From Escherichia phage vB_EcoM_phAPEC6: 64,000 nucleotides of DNA. Positions within the stretch are counted from its first letter, which is position 1. Each line of letters starts with the position of its first letter. The position numbers and the translations under genes were made by a program. Below, piece by piece: positions 20,651 through 30,461 of this stretch. Below the pieces are notes generated by a model that saw only the letters and a program-made list of their open reading frames with translations, did not search any database and was not told where the DNA came from. The stretch lies in the sequence record MK817115.1; one strand, written 5' to 3'.

Positions 20651-20808
20651 AAAATCTCCTTCAGATTAGTACTGAATTTGTACAGAATATTAGAACTGTA
20701 TACAGCCTCTGTATCTGTATCCATAATCAAATCACCTTTGTTTAAATTACAAAAGTACTGATAACTGTGCTTAAAAGAATGTACTGATATTAAAAAATCA
20801 AATTCCAT
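20647..20808 (-). pseudogene. truncated duplicate of the 5' end of FamA gene 19923..20279
   Basis: 53-codon ORF; first ~27 aa (MEFDFLISVHSFKHSYQYFCNLNKGDL) and ~85 nt of DNA near-identical to start of 19923..20279, then diverges; no FQxS motif. Confidence 0.45.
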
Positions 20809-21185
20809 CACTCTTCCCCTAGATTGAAATGATTACAAAAATCATCTTCACCAGTACTGCACCAGATATCTATACATTCCCTGTGAATACATTTAATTCT
20901 ACGCTGTAATTCAATCATCTCTTCTAATGTACAGATGTACTTCTTATCAAATACTAATGCCGCCTGAAACAGTGCAGCATCATCAAGTACTGTATAGTCC
21001 AACATCTCGGTTGCTTTACCCCTAAACCCAGTACTAAAATCCATCAAATAAAAGTCAGCATTCCAGTACTTTAAAATCTTGTCCCTAGCGTAGTTTAAAT
21101 CACCCTTGTATAAGTTAGAGTGCGTAACTAACTCACCAGTGTACATCCATGTCCTTGCACAAAATTCATTATATTTTATTTCCAT
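20808..21185 (-). CDS. FamA paralog (FDKKY subfamily)
   Basis: motif AALFQAALVFDKKYIC; start moved to Met37 (MEIKYNEF), track ORF to 21293 reads through intergenic DNA. Confidence 0.55.
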   Translation of the reverse strand: MEIKYNEFCARTWMYTGELVTHSNLYKGDLNYARDKILKYWNADFYLMDFSTGFRGKATEMLDYTVLDDAALFQAALVFDKKYICTLEEMIELQRRIKCIHRECIDIWCSTGEDDFCNHFNLGEE

Positions 21186-21381
21186 CTTAATCTCTACTAT
21201 AATTAATAAGGTAAACTCCAATATAAGGAGCACGTTGCGGGGGCGGGGTATTTTTTGTTTCAGGAAACATGAACTGTACTCTGAAAAACACAATATAAAA
21301 CTTTATATTAAACATATACCTTAGCATGTTTTTCAGCGGAAATTTTTTTGACCCCCTGCGGCCTGTCAAAACGAAACGTCT

Positions 21382-21606
21382 CTATTTATTCAGCCTAGAA
21401 ACCTTGATTTCTTCAATCCTTTTCATTGCACAAAGCCTTCGACTCGTCCTCTCGTATATATTCAATACTCGCTGTAATGCATTATCTGTATTATCTGCAA
21501 CTGCAATCTGAACCAAATATGTATCCTTCAAAATAGAATCCATCATGAATTCAAAACCTTTCACACTAAAGCAATATGCCACTTCCGGCTCTTCAAACGT
21601 AATCAT
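21382..21606 (-). CDS. hypothetical protein
   Basis: ORF-track ORF, same strand, no family motif. Confidence 0.45.
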   Translation of the reverse strand: MITFEEPEVAYCFSVKGFEFMMDSILKDTYLVQIAVADNTDNALQRVLNIYERTSRRLCAMKRIEEIKVSRLNK

Positions 21607-21796
21607 AATTCCAATCCCCTATTCCCTCTAACCTTCTAAGATATCTTGCGTAAATTATTTCGAAATATCTGTGCAACGAAATTACGGATTGCTCATAATC
21701 ATCATTCCTGTACATTGTGCATGTCAGAAAATCATTTAACCCAAAATCTAAACTGCACTTGAACTTCTCCTTAGCAACATCTCTAAAATTATTCAT
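21593..21796 (-). CDS. hypothetical protein
   Basis: ORF-track ORF, same strand. Confidence 0.45.
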   Translation of the reverse strand: MNNFRDVAKEKFKCSLDFGLNDFLTCTMYRNDDYEQSVISLHRYFEIIYARYLRRLEGIGDWNYDYV

Positions 21797-21950
21797 AATA
21801 TGTCCTCTGTACAGCGTAGGTGTACTGTGAACTCAGCACCACTAATAGGTAATCTATATTGTAAGCACGATTTCCTCGTTGACTAGCACGGCTGGAATAA
21901 AGAATATTATCCACATATGTATTGAACTGATCTTCAAATAACTCTTTCAT
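21789..21950 (-). CDS. small hypothetical protein (53 aa)
   Basis: hand-translated ORF, no internal stops, overlaps start of downstream gene. Confidence 0.35.
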   Translation of the reverse strand: MKELFEDQFNTYVDNILYSSRASQRGNRAYNIDYLLVVLSSQYTYAVQRTYYE

Positions 21951-21978
21951 CAGCATTATACCATCACATAATCATACA

Positions 21979-22530
21979 TCATACATTAACAACTTTATCG
22001 ATGTAATCTTCTAACATATCAATATATCTGGTATTGGTTCTAACTAAAAGGTATGCAAATCCAGAGAACTCCTGTGTATAATGCTTTACAGCGTACATAC
22101 AACGAAGCTTATCATTGTCATACATTGTACTGTACTGAAACAAACTCTCGTCTGATAGCTCTAATAACGCTTGGGCTTCACTTCTCGTGAACTTCATAGG
22201 GTCATGTACTGCATCACAAAAACAAACCTGTGTCTCGCTATTGAAACCCTGTGATAGATATATACCTTCACACTCTGAACGCACCGATACTGCATTATAA
22301 CTATGTGTTGCCCCCATCATATCTGAACTCAAAACTAAAATCAACCCATTTTTATTTTTAATCAACAAATCTGACTTAAGGGATTTGATCTCCGTATGGG
22401 AAATATCACCAAATCTTCCTGGGACTTCAAACTTATCAACGTTGTATACAATCTTTTGTACTTGCTCTTTTAAACGCTTAATTGCACTTCTGTCTTTTTC
22501 TAATGTATCTAATAAACTCATTGAACTCAT
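21979..22530 (-). CDS. FamA paralog
   Basis: core motif DESLFQYSTMY; start at Met25 behind AAGGAAAG RBS (track ORF to 22602). Confidence 0.55.
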   Translation of the reverse strand: MSSMSLLDTLEKDRSAIKRLKEQVQKIVYNVDKFEVPGRFGDISHTEIKSLKSDLLIKNKNGLILVLSSDMMGATHSYNAVSVRSECEGIYLSQGFNSETQVCFCDAVHDPMKFTRSEAQALLELSDESLFQYSTMYDNDKLRCMYAVKHYTQEFSGFAYLLVRTNTRYIDMLEDYIDKVVNV

Positions 22531-22540
22531 TGTACTTTCC

Positions 22541-22882
22541 TTACATATTTGTACCGAACAAAACGGAACTGCGAACGTCATTGATCGACAATTCATGTAC
22601 ATATATATTTTGTCTGAACAAAGGAACTAATTGAACTAAACTTTGTTGCATAACAATATGCATATGTAAATTGTCATATGCCGTTTCGTATTGGAAACGT
22701 GCTGCTTCATCTTCTATGAAATTAGGAACTTGGACTGGATTTTCAAAATTTGTTCTTGAACTGAACTGCACATCATTATCCTGTACTTTAATACCATATG
22801 CATTATCATCATCATATACATCTAATTCAATTAAACTACCATCACTTTTTATGTTTACCACACAAACCGAAAATCGACTCAT
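22541..22882 (-). CDS. FamA paralog (divergent)
   Basis: motif variant EAARFQYETAY. Confidence 0.5.
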   Translation of the reverse strand: MSRFSVCVVNIKSDGSLIELDVYDDDNAYGIKVQDNDVQFSSRTNFENPVQVPNFIEDEAARFQYETAYDNLHMHIVMQQSLVQLVPLFRQNIYVHELSINDVRSSVLFGTNM

Positions 22883-23394
22883 AAACCTATTTCCTCTAAA
22901 TCTTTGACAAATGTATCATAATCCGATAATGACAAAAATATGTCTGTACTGATGTTTTGACGTAATGTATTAAACAAATTATGTACCTGTAATAAATCAG
23001 GTGCATAAATCAGGGATTGCTGGAAATACGATTCTTCTGTATCTAATATATCCCTGCACTCAATTTCACGAACTCGTTGGTATATTGAATTTAATAATAC
23101 ATTTTCATCTTTGAGCATTGGAAGGTATCTGATGTACATGTGCTCCATCAACTCATCCTGGATTGAACCCCTGAACTGCAACACGTATTCAAAACACATC
23201 ACTACATCTTGTAGGTAATTGGCACTGTAATTATTGCTGTAAACAATCTTATGACTTCTGAACTCATCATCATTTCTGAACCAATCGTCACCCACTTTGG
23301 TGTACTTATGACTAAGCTTCCCATCCTCCAACGCTCGAATGAACTTCATAATGTTAATTGCAAAATCATATGAATGATGCTTGTGTTGATGCAT
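22879..23394 (-). CDS. FamA paralog
   Basis: core motif EESYFQQSLIY. Confidence 0.6.
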   Translation of the reverse strand: MHQHKHHSYDFAINIMKFIRALEDGKLSHKYTKVGDDWFRNDDEFRSHKIVYSNNYSANYLQDVVMCFEYVLQFRGSIQDELMEHMYIRYLPMLKDENVLLNSIYQRVREIECRDILDTEESYFQQSLIYAPDLLQVHNLFNTLRQNISTDIFLSLSDYDTFVKDLEEIGL

Positions 23395-23402
23395 TTTTTA
23401 CC

Positions 23403-23597
23403 TCAATTCTGTCCGAAAAAATAACCAAAATGTTTAAAACAAGAAAGCATTACTATGTTCATCACTCTATCATCAAATTCATCTTGTGTTTCTGCACATA
23501 ATGTTTCACAGATATTCAAATGTAATAATTCAAGCTGGAAACTGTCGGTGAACCAATCAAACTTACGGTATTTTTGTTTAACATCAACTGTAAGCAT
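23403..23597 (-). CDS. hypothetical protein
   Basis: ORF-track ORF in array. Confidence 0.4.
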   Translation of the reverse strand: MLTVDVKQKYRKFDWFTDSFQLELLHLNICETLCAETQDEFDDRVMNIVMLSCFKHFGYFFGQN

Positions 23598-23598
23598 A

Positions 23599-24222
23599 CT
23601 ATATATCCAACCCTTTTACAACATCTACGAAATGTTCAAACACTTCTTTTGAAAAATAACCACCTTCACAAAAAAGCATACTAAACGGTGGCAGCATGTC
23701 CGATAACTCTTTAGCTAAATTGATTTCTGCTCTTAACTCTTGAACATCAATGATATCATGTACTAACGATAATTGAAACATGAATGCATCTACATCTTCA
23801 TTCATTTCTGAATTGTAATATAACTCTTCAGGGAATTTGTCGGTTTCGTAATAATAAAAAACTTTATTGTTGAACACACCACTAATAGGAACATCATTTT
23901 CATCTTTCTTTGAAATGTTTGTTTCCCATGACTCTATATTATTAGGAACAAAAAAATCATAGGCTGATTTTGAACCCTGTACTGAATCCAACTTTATTCC
24001 ATAATATTCCGTATCCATGTATTTCTGCTGTAATGTAATACCACGTGTACTGACATTCACTTGGAATATATCATCTTTATCTGGAACACTAAATGGAATA
24101 CATAACACTGAATTCTCAGGGTATTTGGCAATGAATGCATCCAGCACTTTATTAAGCACCGGAATGGCAATTTTACTGTACTGCATCAAATCATACATTT
24201 TAATTCTGGTCATATCATTCAC
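23599..24222 (-). CDS. FamA paralog
   Basis: core motif DAFMFQLSLVH. Confidence 0.6.
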   Translation of the reverse strand: MNDMTRIKMYDLMQYSKIAIPVLNKVLDAFIAKYPENSVLCIPFSVPDKDDIFQVNVSTRGITLQQKYMDTEYYGIKLDSVQGSKSAYDFFVPNNIESWETNISKKDENDVPISGVFNNKVFYYYETDKFPEELYYNSEMNEDVDAFMFQLSLVHDIIDVQELRAEINLAKELSDMLPPFSMLFCEGGYFSKEVFEHFVDVVKGLDI

Positions 24223-24742
24223 CTGTGTATGTTTTCACCCTTAGCGATTCAAAATCCCATACATCACTGATTGTACCATTGTGCCTGTAATCATAATATT
24301 CTACTAATACATTATACAATAACTTCAACGATACAAATTCATGATTCCACGGAGCTTTATTCTCATGAACACATTTGGTGATATAAGGTATAATATATAA
24401 ACTAAACAACACTAATGGTGAATGTATACATTGCATTTGAAAATATTCTTCTTCTTGCATACAATGCTCAGGAATAATCAATTCCGTATGTGACCCTAAG
24501 CTATACGAACCTGCTGTGTATTTTTTCGTATCACATGCGTACCATATTGTACTATCCGAAATAAATGGAATGATACCATTATTGTTTGCAATGTACATCA
24601 TATGGTAAGAGCGATTTGTCTTGTTAAATATCTCAATACTTTCGATATTACTACAAATCATGTATTCAATGCAATCAATAATCTTATCTTTAAATGCACC
24701 AATTTCATTGAATGTCATTGATTTCTGCACTTCACTGCTCAT
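24215..24742 (-). CDS. FamA paralog
   Basis: motif EEEYFQMQCIH. Confidence 0.55.
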   Translation of the reverse strand: MSSEVQKSMTFNEIGAFKDKIIDCIEYMICSNIESIEIFNKTNRSYHMMYIANNNGIIPFISDSTIWYACDTKKYTAGSYSLGSHTELIIPEHCMQEEEYFQMQCIHSPLVLFSLYIIPYITKCVHENKAPWNHEFVSLKLLYNVLVEYYDYRHNGTISDVWDFESLRVKTYTGE

Positions 24743-25281
24743 ATGTTCTCCTTAAAAAAATTCAAATACTCTTCATTGAAAGCATATGTATCATCTTTTT
24801 TGTTATGCACCACATAATCATAAAGAGCTATGAATGCAGGGATTATGATCTTACATGATTTATTATTGTATTTGTACTGCTCCAAATCAACGGTGTTCAA
24901 TTTAGCAATAAGCATAGCAGCAAAGATATCTTCATGGCGGTGTACTGTGCTGTACTGAAAATATTCATCCTCTCCAATATCGGGATGATATAACGGTATA
25001 ACCAAATTATTACGAATTGACATCTTATATTTTTGTAATGCAGCTAAATGTATGAACCACAATCTATCTTCATTGAAATATGGAAAAATAATTTTGTCTG
25101 TGCTAATAAAAATTTCTTCATTTCGATTATTTGTCACAAGAGGTGCATACATTTTAATTTTTGCAGATTTAATAATTAAATTAAAAATATAATGAATCTT
25201 ATGAACTGCACTTGATGCATCTTCGTATGTACTTGGGATTATGAAACTCACTATATGTTCTCCTTTAAAATGAATACACAT
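24739..25281 (-). CDS. FamA paralog
   Basis: core motif EDEYFQYSTVH. Confidence 0.6.
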   Translation of the reverse strand: MCIHFKGEHIVSFIIPSTYEDASSAVHKIHYIFNLIIKSAKIKMYAPLVTNNRNEEIFISTDKIIFPYFNEDRLWFIHLAALQKYKMSIRNNLVIPLYHPDIGEDEYFQYSTVHRHEDIFAAMLIAKLNTVDLEQYKYNNKSCKIIIPAFIALYDYVVHNKKDDTYAFNEEYLNFFKENI

Positions 25282-25333
25282 GATAACAGCTTTGGTCTTC
25301 TATGTCAATACCAAAACGAAAAAAGCCCATATC

Positions 25334-25840
25334 TTACGATACAGGCGTTCTGGGCATGTTGATTTGAATTTCATTGTACAAATCATCAATATATAGACAT
25401 GAAAAAAATACACTATCTTGTACTATATTGTTGTGATAAAGCATTTTAAATACTACATAAAAAAATAAATCAATATCATCGTGGACTAAATTCTGCTGGA
25501 ACCACCACTCGTCTGTTAAATCTTGTGCATTAAAATCATCAGGAACTTCAATGAACGACATATCACAATCTTCTTTGTACTCAAACCACATGTCGTCATT
25601 CGGATAACGTTCATGCTTCTCTGGGTAACAATTGCTGGGATTAAATGTTAAAATATTAAACCCCGTAGAGCAACGTTCTTTATTTAAAAATGTATTATTC
25701 CATACCTGATATTTTTCACCAACATCAAGCTCTTCTGTTACTGATTTTATTGCACATAATGTACTGTATATTGTTTCTATCTTGTGAACATATTTAAATG
25801 CAGCATCTAAGCTGAACTCTAAATCATACATGTACTGCAT
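25334..25840 (-). CDS. FamA paralog
   Basis: motif DEWWFQQNLVH. Confidence 0.55.
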   Translation of the reverse strand: MQYMYDLEFSLDAAFKYVHKIETIYSTLCAIKSVTEELDVGEKYQVWNNTFLNKERCSTGFNILTFNPSNCYPEKHERYPNDDMWFEYKEDCDMSFIEVPDDFNAQDLTDEWWFQQNLVHDDIDLFFYVVFKMLYHNNIVQDSVFFSCLYIDDLYNEIQINMPRTPVS

Positions 25841-26160
25841 AAAATTACCTCAACTAAAGCAAGGACTGTATTGAATTCCACTATACTTGTAATTCCTTGA
25901 AGGTACATATACTTTGCTACTACATATTTCTGTACTAAATTATAATTATTAAATTCCTCAAAATTGTAATTTAGAACAAAATCTGTACTCAAAAATATCT
26001 TATGCATCTCTAATGCACTTTGATAATACGCGTACAACTCACTGATATCAATACTGGTTAAATTATATTGTTCATATCTATGATACGGGATGGCTTCAAT
26101 TTCAATACTATAAAACCATTCTCTTAACTTATTAATATCAAATGTATTATTCAGCTTCAT
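25819..26160 (-). CDS. hypothetical protein
   Basis: ORF in array, no motif. Confidence 0.5.
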   Translation of the reverse strand: MKLNNTFDINKLREWFYSIEIEAIPYHRYEQYNLTSIDISELYAYYQSALEMHKIFLSTDFVLNYNFEEFNNYNLVQKYVVAKYMYLQGITSIVEFNTVLALVEVILCSTCMI

Positions 26161-26713
26161 AACTCAATACCTCCATTAAACACTCATACACACCATCAAT
26201 CGCATAAGCACAAAAATTGAAATTAATTTTGTGATTCTTGTGTAATGGACTATTGTGTACTGTACTCATTATGACATTATAAAATAACAAACGCACTGGT
26301 ACAAGCATTGAACCTTGGAAAAATTCTTCCTCTGATTTATATGTATTGTACTCTATTGTTTTGTTCGTTTCTTTATCATATGTTACCATTACTAATGGGG
26401 CATTTTTATTATACCATGCGTACTCTAAATCATTCTTTCCAATAACAGCACCAGGTGCGAAATCCAAAAGACCAATAACACTACGGGAATTTGGGGTATC
26501 AGGTGTATTGAATCGTTTATCAAAATGACTCGTGCACGCAATATATGTATTGTACTTCGATGGAATAATACCAATACATTTGTGGAAATGACGCTTGTGA
26601 TATTTCTGGGCATTATATAAGGCTGCAACAATACAAGCTAACTTTTGTCCCATAAGGATTGCATTAGCGTAGGTGTACTGAATTTCATTGCTGGTACGGT
26701 ACTTCGAGGTCAT
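26147..26713 (-). CDS. FamA paralog
   Basis: core motif EEEFFQGSMLV. Confidence 0.6.
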   Translation of the reverse strand: MTSKYRTSNEIQYTYANAILMGQKLACIVAALYNAQKYHKRHFHKCIGIIPSKYNTYIACTSHFDKRFNTPDTPNSRSVIGLLDFAPGAVIGKNDLEYAWYNKNAPLVMVTYDKETNKTIEYNTYKSEEEFFQGSMLVPVRLLFYNVIMSTVHNSPLHKNHKINFNFCAYAIDGVYECLMEVLSYEAE

Positions 26714-26996
26714 AATATTTCCTTTGCCATATCATGGGCTTAAAATCAATAACAGCTTTCTGTATCTTTTTTAATAATAAGACATCATAACCACCCGTGT
26801 CAATCACTAATTGCTGTTGGAACAATTCTTCATCGGATAATGTATTGAAATCTACAAAATAATCTGTAACTATCGAATCATTTAAATGTGCCATGTACCA
26901 ACCTGAACTTCTTGAATAAATCAAATTCCACCCATCGTCATCATCTTCTAATTCAACATAAATCATATCTGGGGTATACATCATTTTATACTTCAT
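26685..26996 (-). CDS. FamA paralog
   Basis: motif DEELFQQQLVI. Confidence 0.55.
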   Translation of the reverse strand: MKYKMMYTPDMIYVELEDDDDGWNLIYSRSSGWYMAHLNDSIVTDYFVDFNTLSDEELFQQQLVIDTGGYDVLLLKKIQKAVIDFKPMIWQRKYYDLEVPYQQ

Positions 26997-27534
26997 AACT
27001 ATATCCTTGCATTAATAAATCATAAACTACATGGACTAAATTTAATTGAATATAAAATTTTAAACCTTTAATTAATGGATTCAAATGCATTGTACTGAAT
27101 AACATTAGATACATCATCTCATGCGGTTTTGTGATTAATGATTTTTGAAATACTTCAGCTTCATCATAAGGGTCTATGAACTGAAATTTGTCTTCATCAT
27201 AATTTGTATTGGAATGCTGATATATAAAATAATCATCATTGGTATTGTACCACAAATATCCTTCGAATCCTGTACTAACATCTTTGGTCAATGGGGATGC
27301 TGATACTGGATTTGAACTGATTAATGCACCTACATCAACAATCCCCGTTGTATCATATTCGATTTCAACATCAATATCAATGTATTTCCTTGCGATATCC
27401 GCGTTTATGGACAAATATAAACTACCACCTGTCCTCTGACTCAGGATTCCATCTATATGCGATATAGGATGGTTGTTATTGAGGATAAGCATTATTGTAC
27501 TTATCTTGTGTGCTAATAACTCTATCTCATTCAT
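26986..27534 (-). CDS. FamA paralog
   Basis: core motif EAEVFQKSLIT. Confidence 0.6.
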   Translation of the reverse strand: MNEIELLAHKISTIMLILNNNHPISHIDGILSQRTGGSLYLSINADIARKYIDIDVEIEYDTTGIVDVGALISSNPVSASPLTKDVSTGFEGYLWYNTNDDYFIYQHSNTNYDEDKFQFIDPYDEAEVFQKSLITKPHEMMYLMLFSTMHLNPLIKGLKFYIQLNLVHVVYDLLMQGYSYEV

Positions 27535-27734
27535 AATTTACCTATCGATGGATACCTAGGATTTGTAGGATGTAAAATCCTGTCCTGTACTGAAAGGTGC
27601 TCAAATGTAATTAAACTCAAATAATAATCGTAATTATCAATACCACCCTTCAAATGTATATTGTAATACATCTTAATACTATCTAATAATGAATCCTGTA
27701 ATGCATTTAATGTTATCGTATTAATCTTTTGCAT
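27531..27734 (-). CDS. hypothetical protein
   Basis: ORF-track ORF. Confidence 0.45.
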   Translation of the reverse strand: MQKINTITLNALQDSLLDSIKMYYNIHLKGGIDNYDYYLSLITFEHLSVQDRILHPTNPRYPSIGKL

Positions 27735-27882
27735 TAATGTTCTTCTCTTAAAAATCGTTTGATAGCATAATCTAAATAAAATTCATAACACATGCTATCT
27801 CTGTTCTTTATCCATATTTTGTAATCGGATTTTATATTACGCAACAAATAATTTGTATTAATTGTGTAATAATCTAATCGCC

Positions 27883-28275
27883 CTAATCTTTCCATTTAAT
27901 AGGATACTCCTTTCCTTGTACTATATATGACAAAATCCATCCGTAATGAATAGGATGATTTTTGTCTGAATCAGGAATAAAATATAAAGCTGTACTTGGA
28001 TTATGACTGAATAAATCTTTATTGTCAAATGTAAAATGTGATAATATAATTTTCCTTGCACTTGGACGAATAACATTCTTAACACTGAACTCTGAACCTT
28101 TGTATTTCTCCGATAATTCAAATAATGCATCTGTAATTAAATCACTGATCTCTTGGATTACAAAATTCTGATAAAATGCATTAATCTCTTTTAACTCTGT
28201 ATACAATTCACTTCTGGTATTCAAAAGAAATATTACTTTTTTAAGATCCTGAACTATTTCTGGATTCATATTCAT
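27883..28275 (-). CDS. hypothetical protein
   Basis: ORF-track ORF; weak INAFYQNFVIQ motif. Confidence 0.5.
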   Translation of the reverse strand: MNMNPEIVQDLKKVIFLLNTRSELYTELKEINAFYQNFVIQEISDLITDALFELSEKYKGSEFSVKNVIRPSARKIILSHFTFDNKDLFSHNPSTALYFIPDSDKNHPIHYGWILSYIVQGKEYPIKWKD

Positions 28276-28507
28276 TTATCTCATTCTGTATCTTAAGCAT
28301 CAAAATTTGCATATTAATTTTTTGTACAAGGTGCTTGATAAATTTCTGTGCCATTTCTTCTTGTTCTTTTGTACCAAGATAAAATAACAGATTAAATTCT
28401 GATAATCGCAAAGAAAAATCTTCATCACCACCCTTTAAACAAAAATCCCTGTACTTTGTAGCGTACAAATATTGGTTTACCTTTTTATAATACCCTGTGT
28501 TTTGCAT
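28241..28507 (-). CDS. FamB-like small protein
   Basis: YLGTKEQEEMAQKFI motif. Confidence 0.5.
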   Translation of the reverse strand: MQNTGYYKKVNQYLYATKYRDFCLKGGDEDFSLRLSEFNLLFYLGTKEQEEMAQKFIKHLVQKINMQILMLKIQNEINEYESRNSSGS

Positions 28508-28695
28508 ACTATCTCCGTTCGCAACGAATTTATATAATAATGAACAAATTGTTCTTGTGAACGTGTTCCAAGAAAAATAAACATATCAAACTCTGTTGTT
28601 TTTAAATTCAATGCATCTTTTGTAAAATTCCTGTTGAATTCCCTGTACTTTTGGGTCTTCCATTCTTGATTAATTGTCTTGTATATCGATTTCAA
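28477..28695 (-). CDS. FamB-like small protein
   Basis: FLGTRSQEQFVHYYI motif. Confidence 0.5.
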   Translation of the reverse strand: MKSIYKTINQEWKTQKYREFNRNFTKDALNLKTTEFDMFIFLGTRSQEQFVHYYINSLRTEIVCKTQGIIKR

Positions 28696-28996
28696 TGATT
28701 CTCCCTGATGTACCTTGTATTAGCTTATCATACATATCGAGCATCACTTTTTGAATACTAATTAGTACTGGCATCGTGCAAATATCAATGTCGTATACTA
28801 AGCTGTACTGGAATAATTCATCTTCCTGCATTTGTACTAAATTAGGTAAAGGATAATTGTCTGCCTCTTCATCCTGGTACTTGAAATGCATAACACCATC
28901 CTTTTTGTACAAAAGAATGTCAATATCACCTAACTCATCAGCATAACCAAAAATACATATACTCGATGTTTTTGCTATATTAAATTTCATCTCCAC
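28670..28996 (-). CDS. FamA paralog
   Basis: core motif EDELFQYSLVY. Confidence 0.6.
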   Translation of the reverse strand: MEMKFNIAKTSSICIFGYADELGDIDILLYKKDGVMHFKYQDEEADNYPLPNLVQMQEDELFQYSLVYDIDICTMPVLISIQKVMLDMYDKLIQGTSGRIIEIDIQDN

Positions 28997-29232
28997 CTCT
29001 CTCCGTCAGCACAAGAGTACTGGTACGTTGTCGTTAGGGTAGGGACCATGTTTGTAATGGGCATGTTGTTAACAATAACCGTAACAGGCATAAGAATCGT
29101 CTCTACTCTACTCTGTCCTGTCCTTGTGCAATTCATCTTCTGCATTTCATCTGAATCCATGAAATACAATACAAATGGTGCAATCCCAAGAACAATACAC
29201 AAGACGATAAGGAAATTTAAAAAATTTAACAT
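28987..29232 (-). CDS. putative small membrane protein
   Basis: N-terminal hydrophobic stretch FLNFLIVLCIVLGIAPFVLYF; syntenic strand; weak RBS. Confidence 0.4.
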   Translation of the reverse strand: MLNFLNFLIVLCIVLGIAPFVLYFMDSDEMQKMNCTRTGQSRVETILMPVTVIVNNMPITNMVPTLTTTYQYSCADGERWR

Positions 29233-29291
29233 AATTTTTACCCTATGATTAACGTTAGTGTACTATATCAGTAATGAAAAGTACTGTCAAG

Positions 29292-29696
29292 CTAGTATTG
29301 CACTGTTCTAATGAAAGTACCTTTACTCATGGATTTAAGCTTATGAACCTCTTCCTGCATACCCTTAATTAACCCTAAAGGTATAGGTAAATCATGTACT
29401 AAGCTGTACTGAAAGTATTCTTCTTCAGATAAAGTACTAACATCTGGAACGCCAATTTTAGTTATATAATCTTGATGTGTTGACCAATAAATTATATCTT
29501 CAGTACTATTGTACTCCCCATATACTGAACAATATTGATGAATATCTTTCCTGTACCCTTGAGCAATAAAGAACTTATCTAATGCATTACCAGCATTAAT
29601 AGAATTTACTTCGATTGTCACAGTACTTGAGCTTGTATAACTCTTAATATTATCAGTACTCTTAATACTCAACGATGTGTTCTTCATAATCACCAT
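29292..29696 (-). CDS. FamA paralog
   Basis: core motif EEEYFQYSLVH. Confidence 0.6.
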   Translation of the reverse strand: MVIMKNTSLSIKSTDNIKSYTSSSTVTIEVNSINAGNALDKFFIAQGYRKDIHQYCSVYGEYNSTEDIIYWSTHQDYITKIGVPDVSTLSEEEYFQYSLVHDLPIPLGLIKGMQEEVHKLKSMSKGTFIRTVQY

Positions 29697-30006
29697 TAGG
29701 CTCCTGTTTAGATTCTTTCATTAGTACTATCATCTTATGTACTAATGGCATAGGAAACTCTAAATCCCATACTAATGATTCCTGAAAGTATTCCTCTGGT
29801 GATAAAGTACTTAAATCTTTAATATCAACGTGCTTGTATATTTTATTTTCGTAATTAACAAATGATATATATAAATCACTAACATAAGAATCATAGGTAA
29901 TTGTGAATGGTTTACCCTTGTAATCCATTACATCTCTACATAGACTACTTTTGATATATGTATGTTCAAATGATTTATATACCTTGAGTTGTATATTAGT
30001 TTTCAT
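29662..30006 (-). CDS. FamA paralog
   Basis: core motif PEEYFQESLVW. Confidence 0.6.
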   Translation of the reverse strand: MKTNIQLKVYKSFEHTYIKSSLCRDVMDYKGKPFTITYDSYVSDLYISFVNYENKIYKHVDIKDLSTLSPEEYFQESLVWDLEFPMPLVHKMIVLMKESKQEPNGDYEEHIVEY

Positions 30007-30256
30007 ATTTCTCTTTATTAGCTTGTTTGGTTTTATAGTGAATTAAATCTATTAATGTAATCAAGTACAACGTCAAATAGTACTCTTGTTGATCTGTACC
30101 TAATGATACAAAGAACTTGTGCTCATAGATTAAAACCTGTTTCTCTTCAAATGGACATTTAATCCTCTGTATAGGCTTAAGTAAATGATAGTACTTATTA
30201 AATCTATGATACATTTCTAGTTCTGTCAGTACTTTCATATTAAACACATACTCCAT
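29996..30256 (-). CDS. FamB small protein
   Basis: motif SLGTDQQEYY; start of 28-gene tandem array. Confidence 0.55.
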   Translation of the reverse strand: MEYVFNMKVLTELEMYHRFNKYYHLLKPIQRIKCPFEEKQVLIYEHKFFVSLGTDQQEYYLTLYLITLIDLIHYKTKQANKEKYEN

Positions 30257-30461
30257 TAGCAGTAGCAGTACTTAAAGCACTCAAATACCTCTGTACGGCT
30301 TGCTCTTGATGATCTGTACCTAAAAGTATATACACCCATAATTCATTGTAGTGTACATCTTCTGTATAAGGGTTGTTGTAACTTTTTGATAATATAGCAT
30401 CAAATTCAGATGCATAATCCCTTGTGAACTTAAACATATCTTGTTGTGTTATGATTCTCAT
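30240..30461 (-). CDS. FamB small protein
   Basis: motif LLGTDHQEQAV. Confidence 0.6.
   Translation of the reverse strand: MRIITQQDMFKFTRDYASEFDAILSKSYNNPYTEDVHYNELWVYILLGTDHQEQAVQRYLSALSTATANGVCV

Noticed and set aside
21187-21369. Minus-strand ORF 21187..21369 (60 aa) and the 5' part of track ORF 20808..21293
   Set aside because: Sequence here is an intergenic G-rich stretch; the FamA gene is better started at the internal Met at 21185, leaving this ORF without signals.
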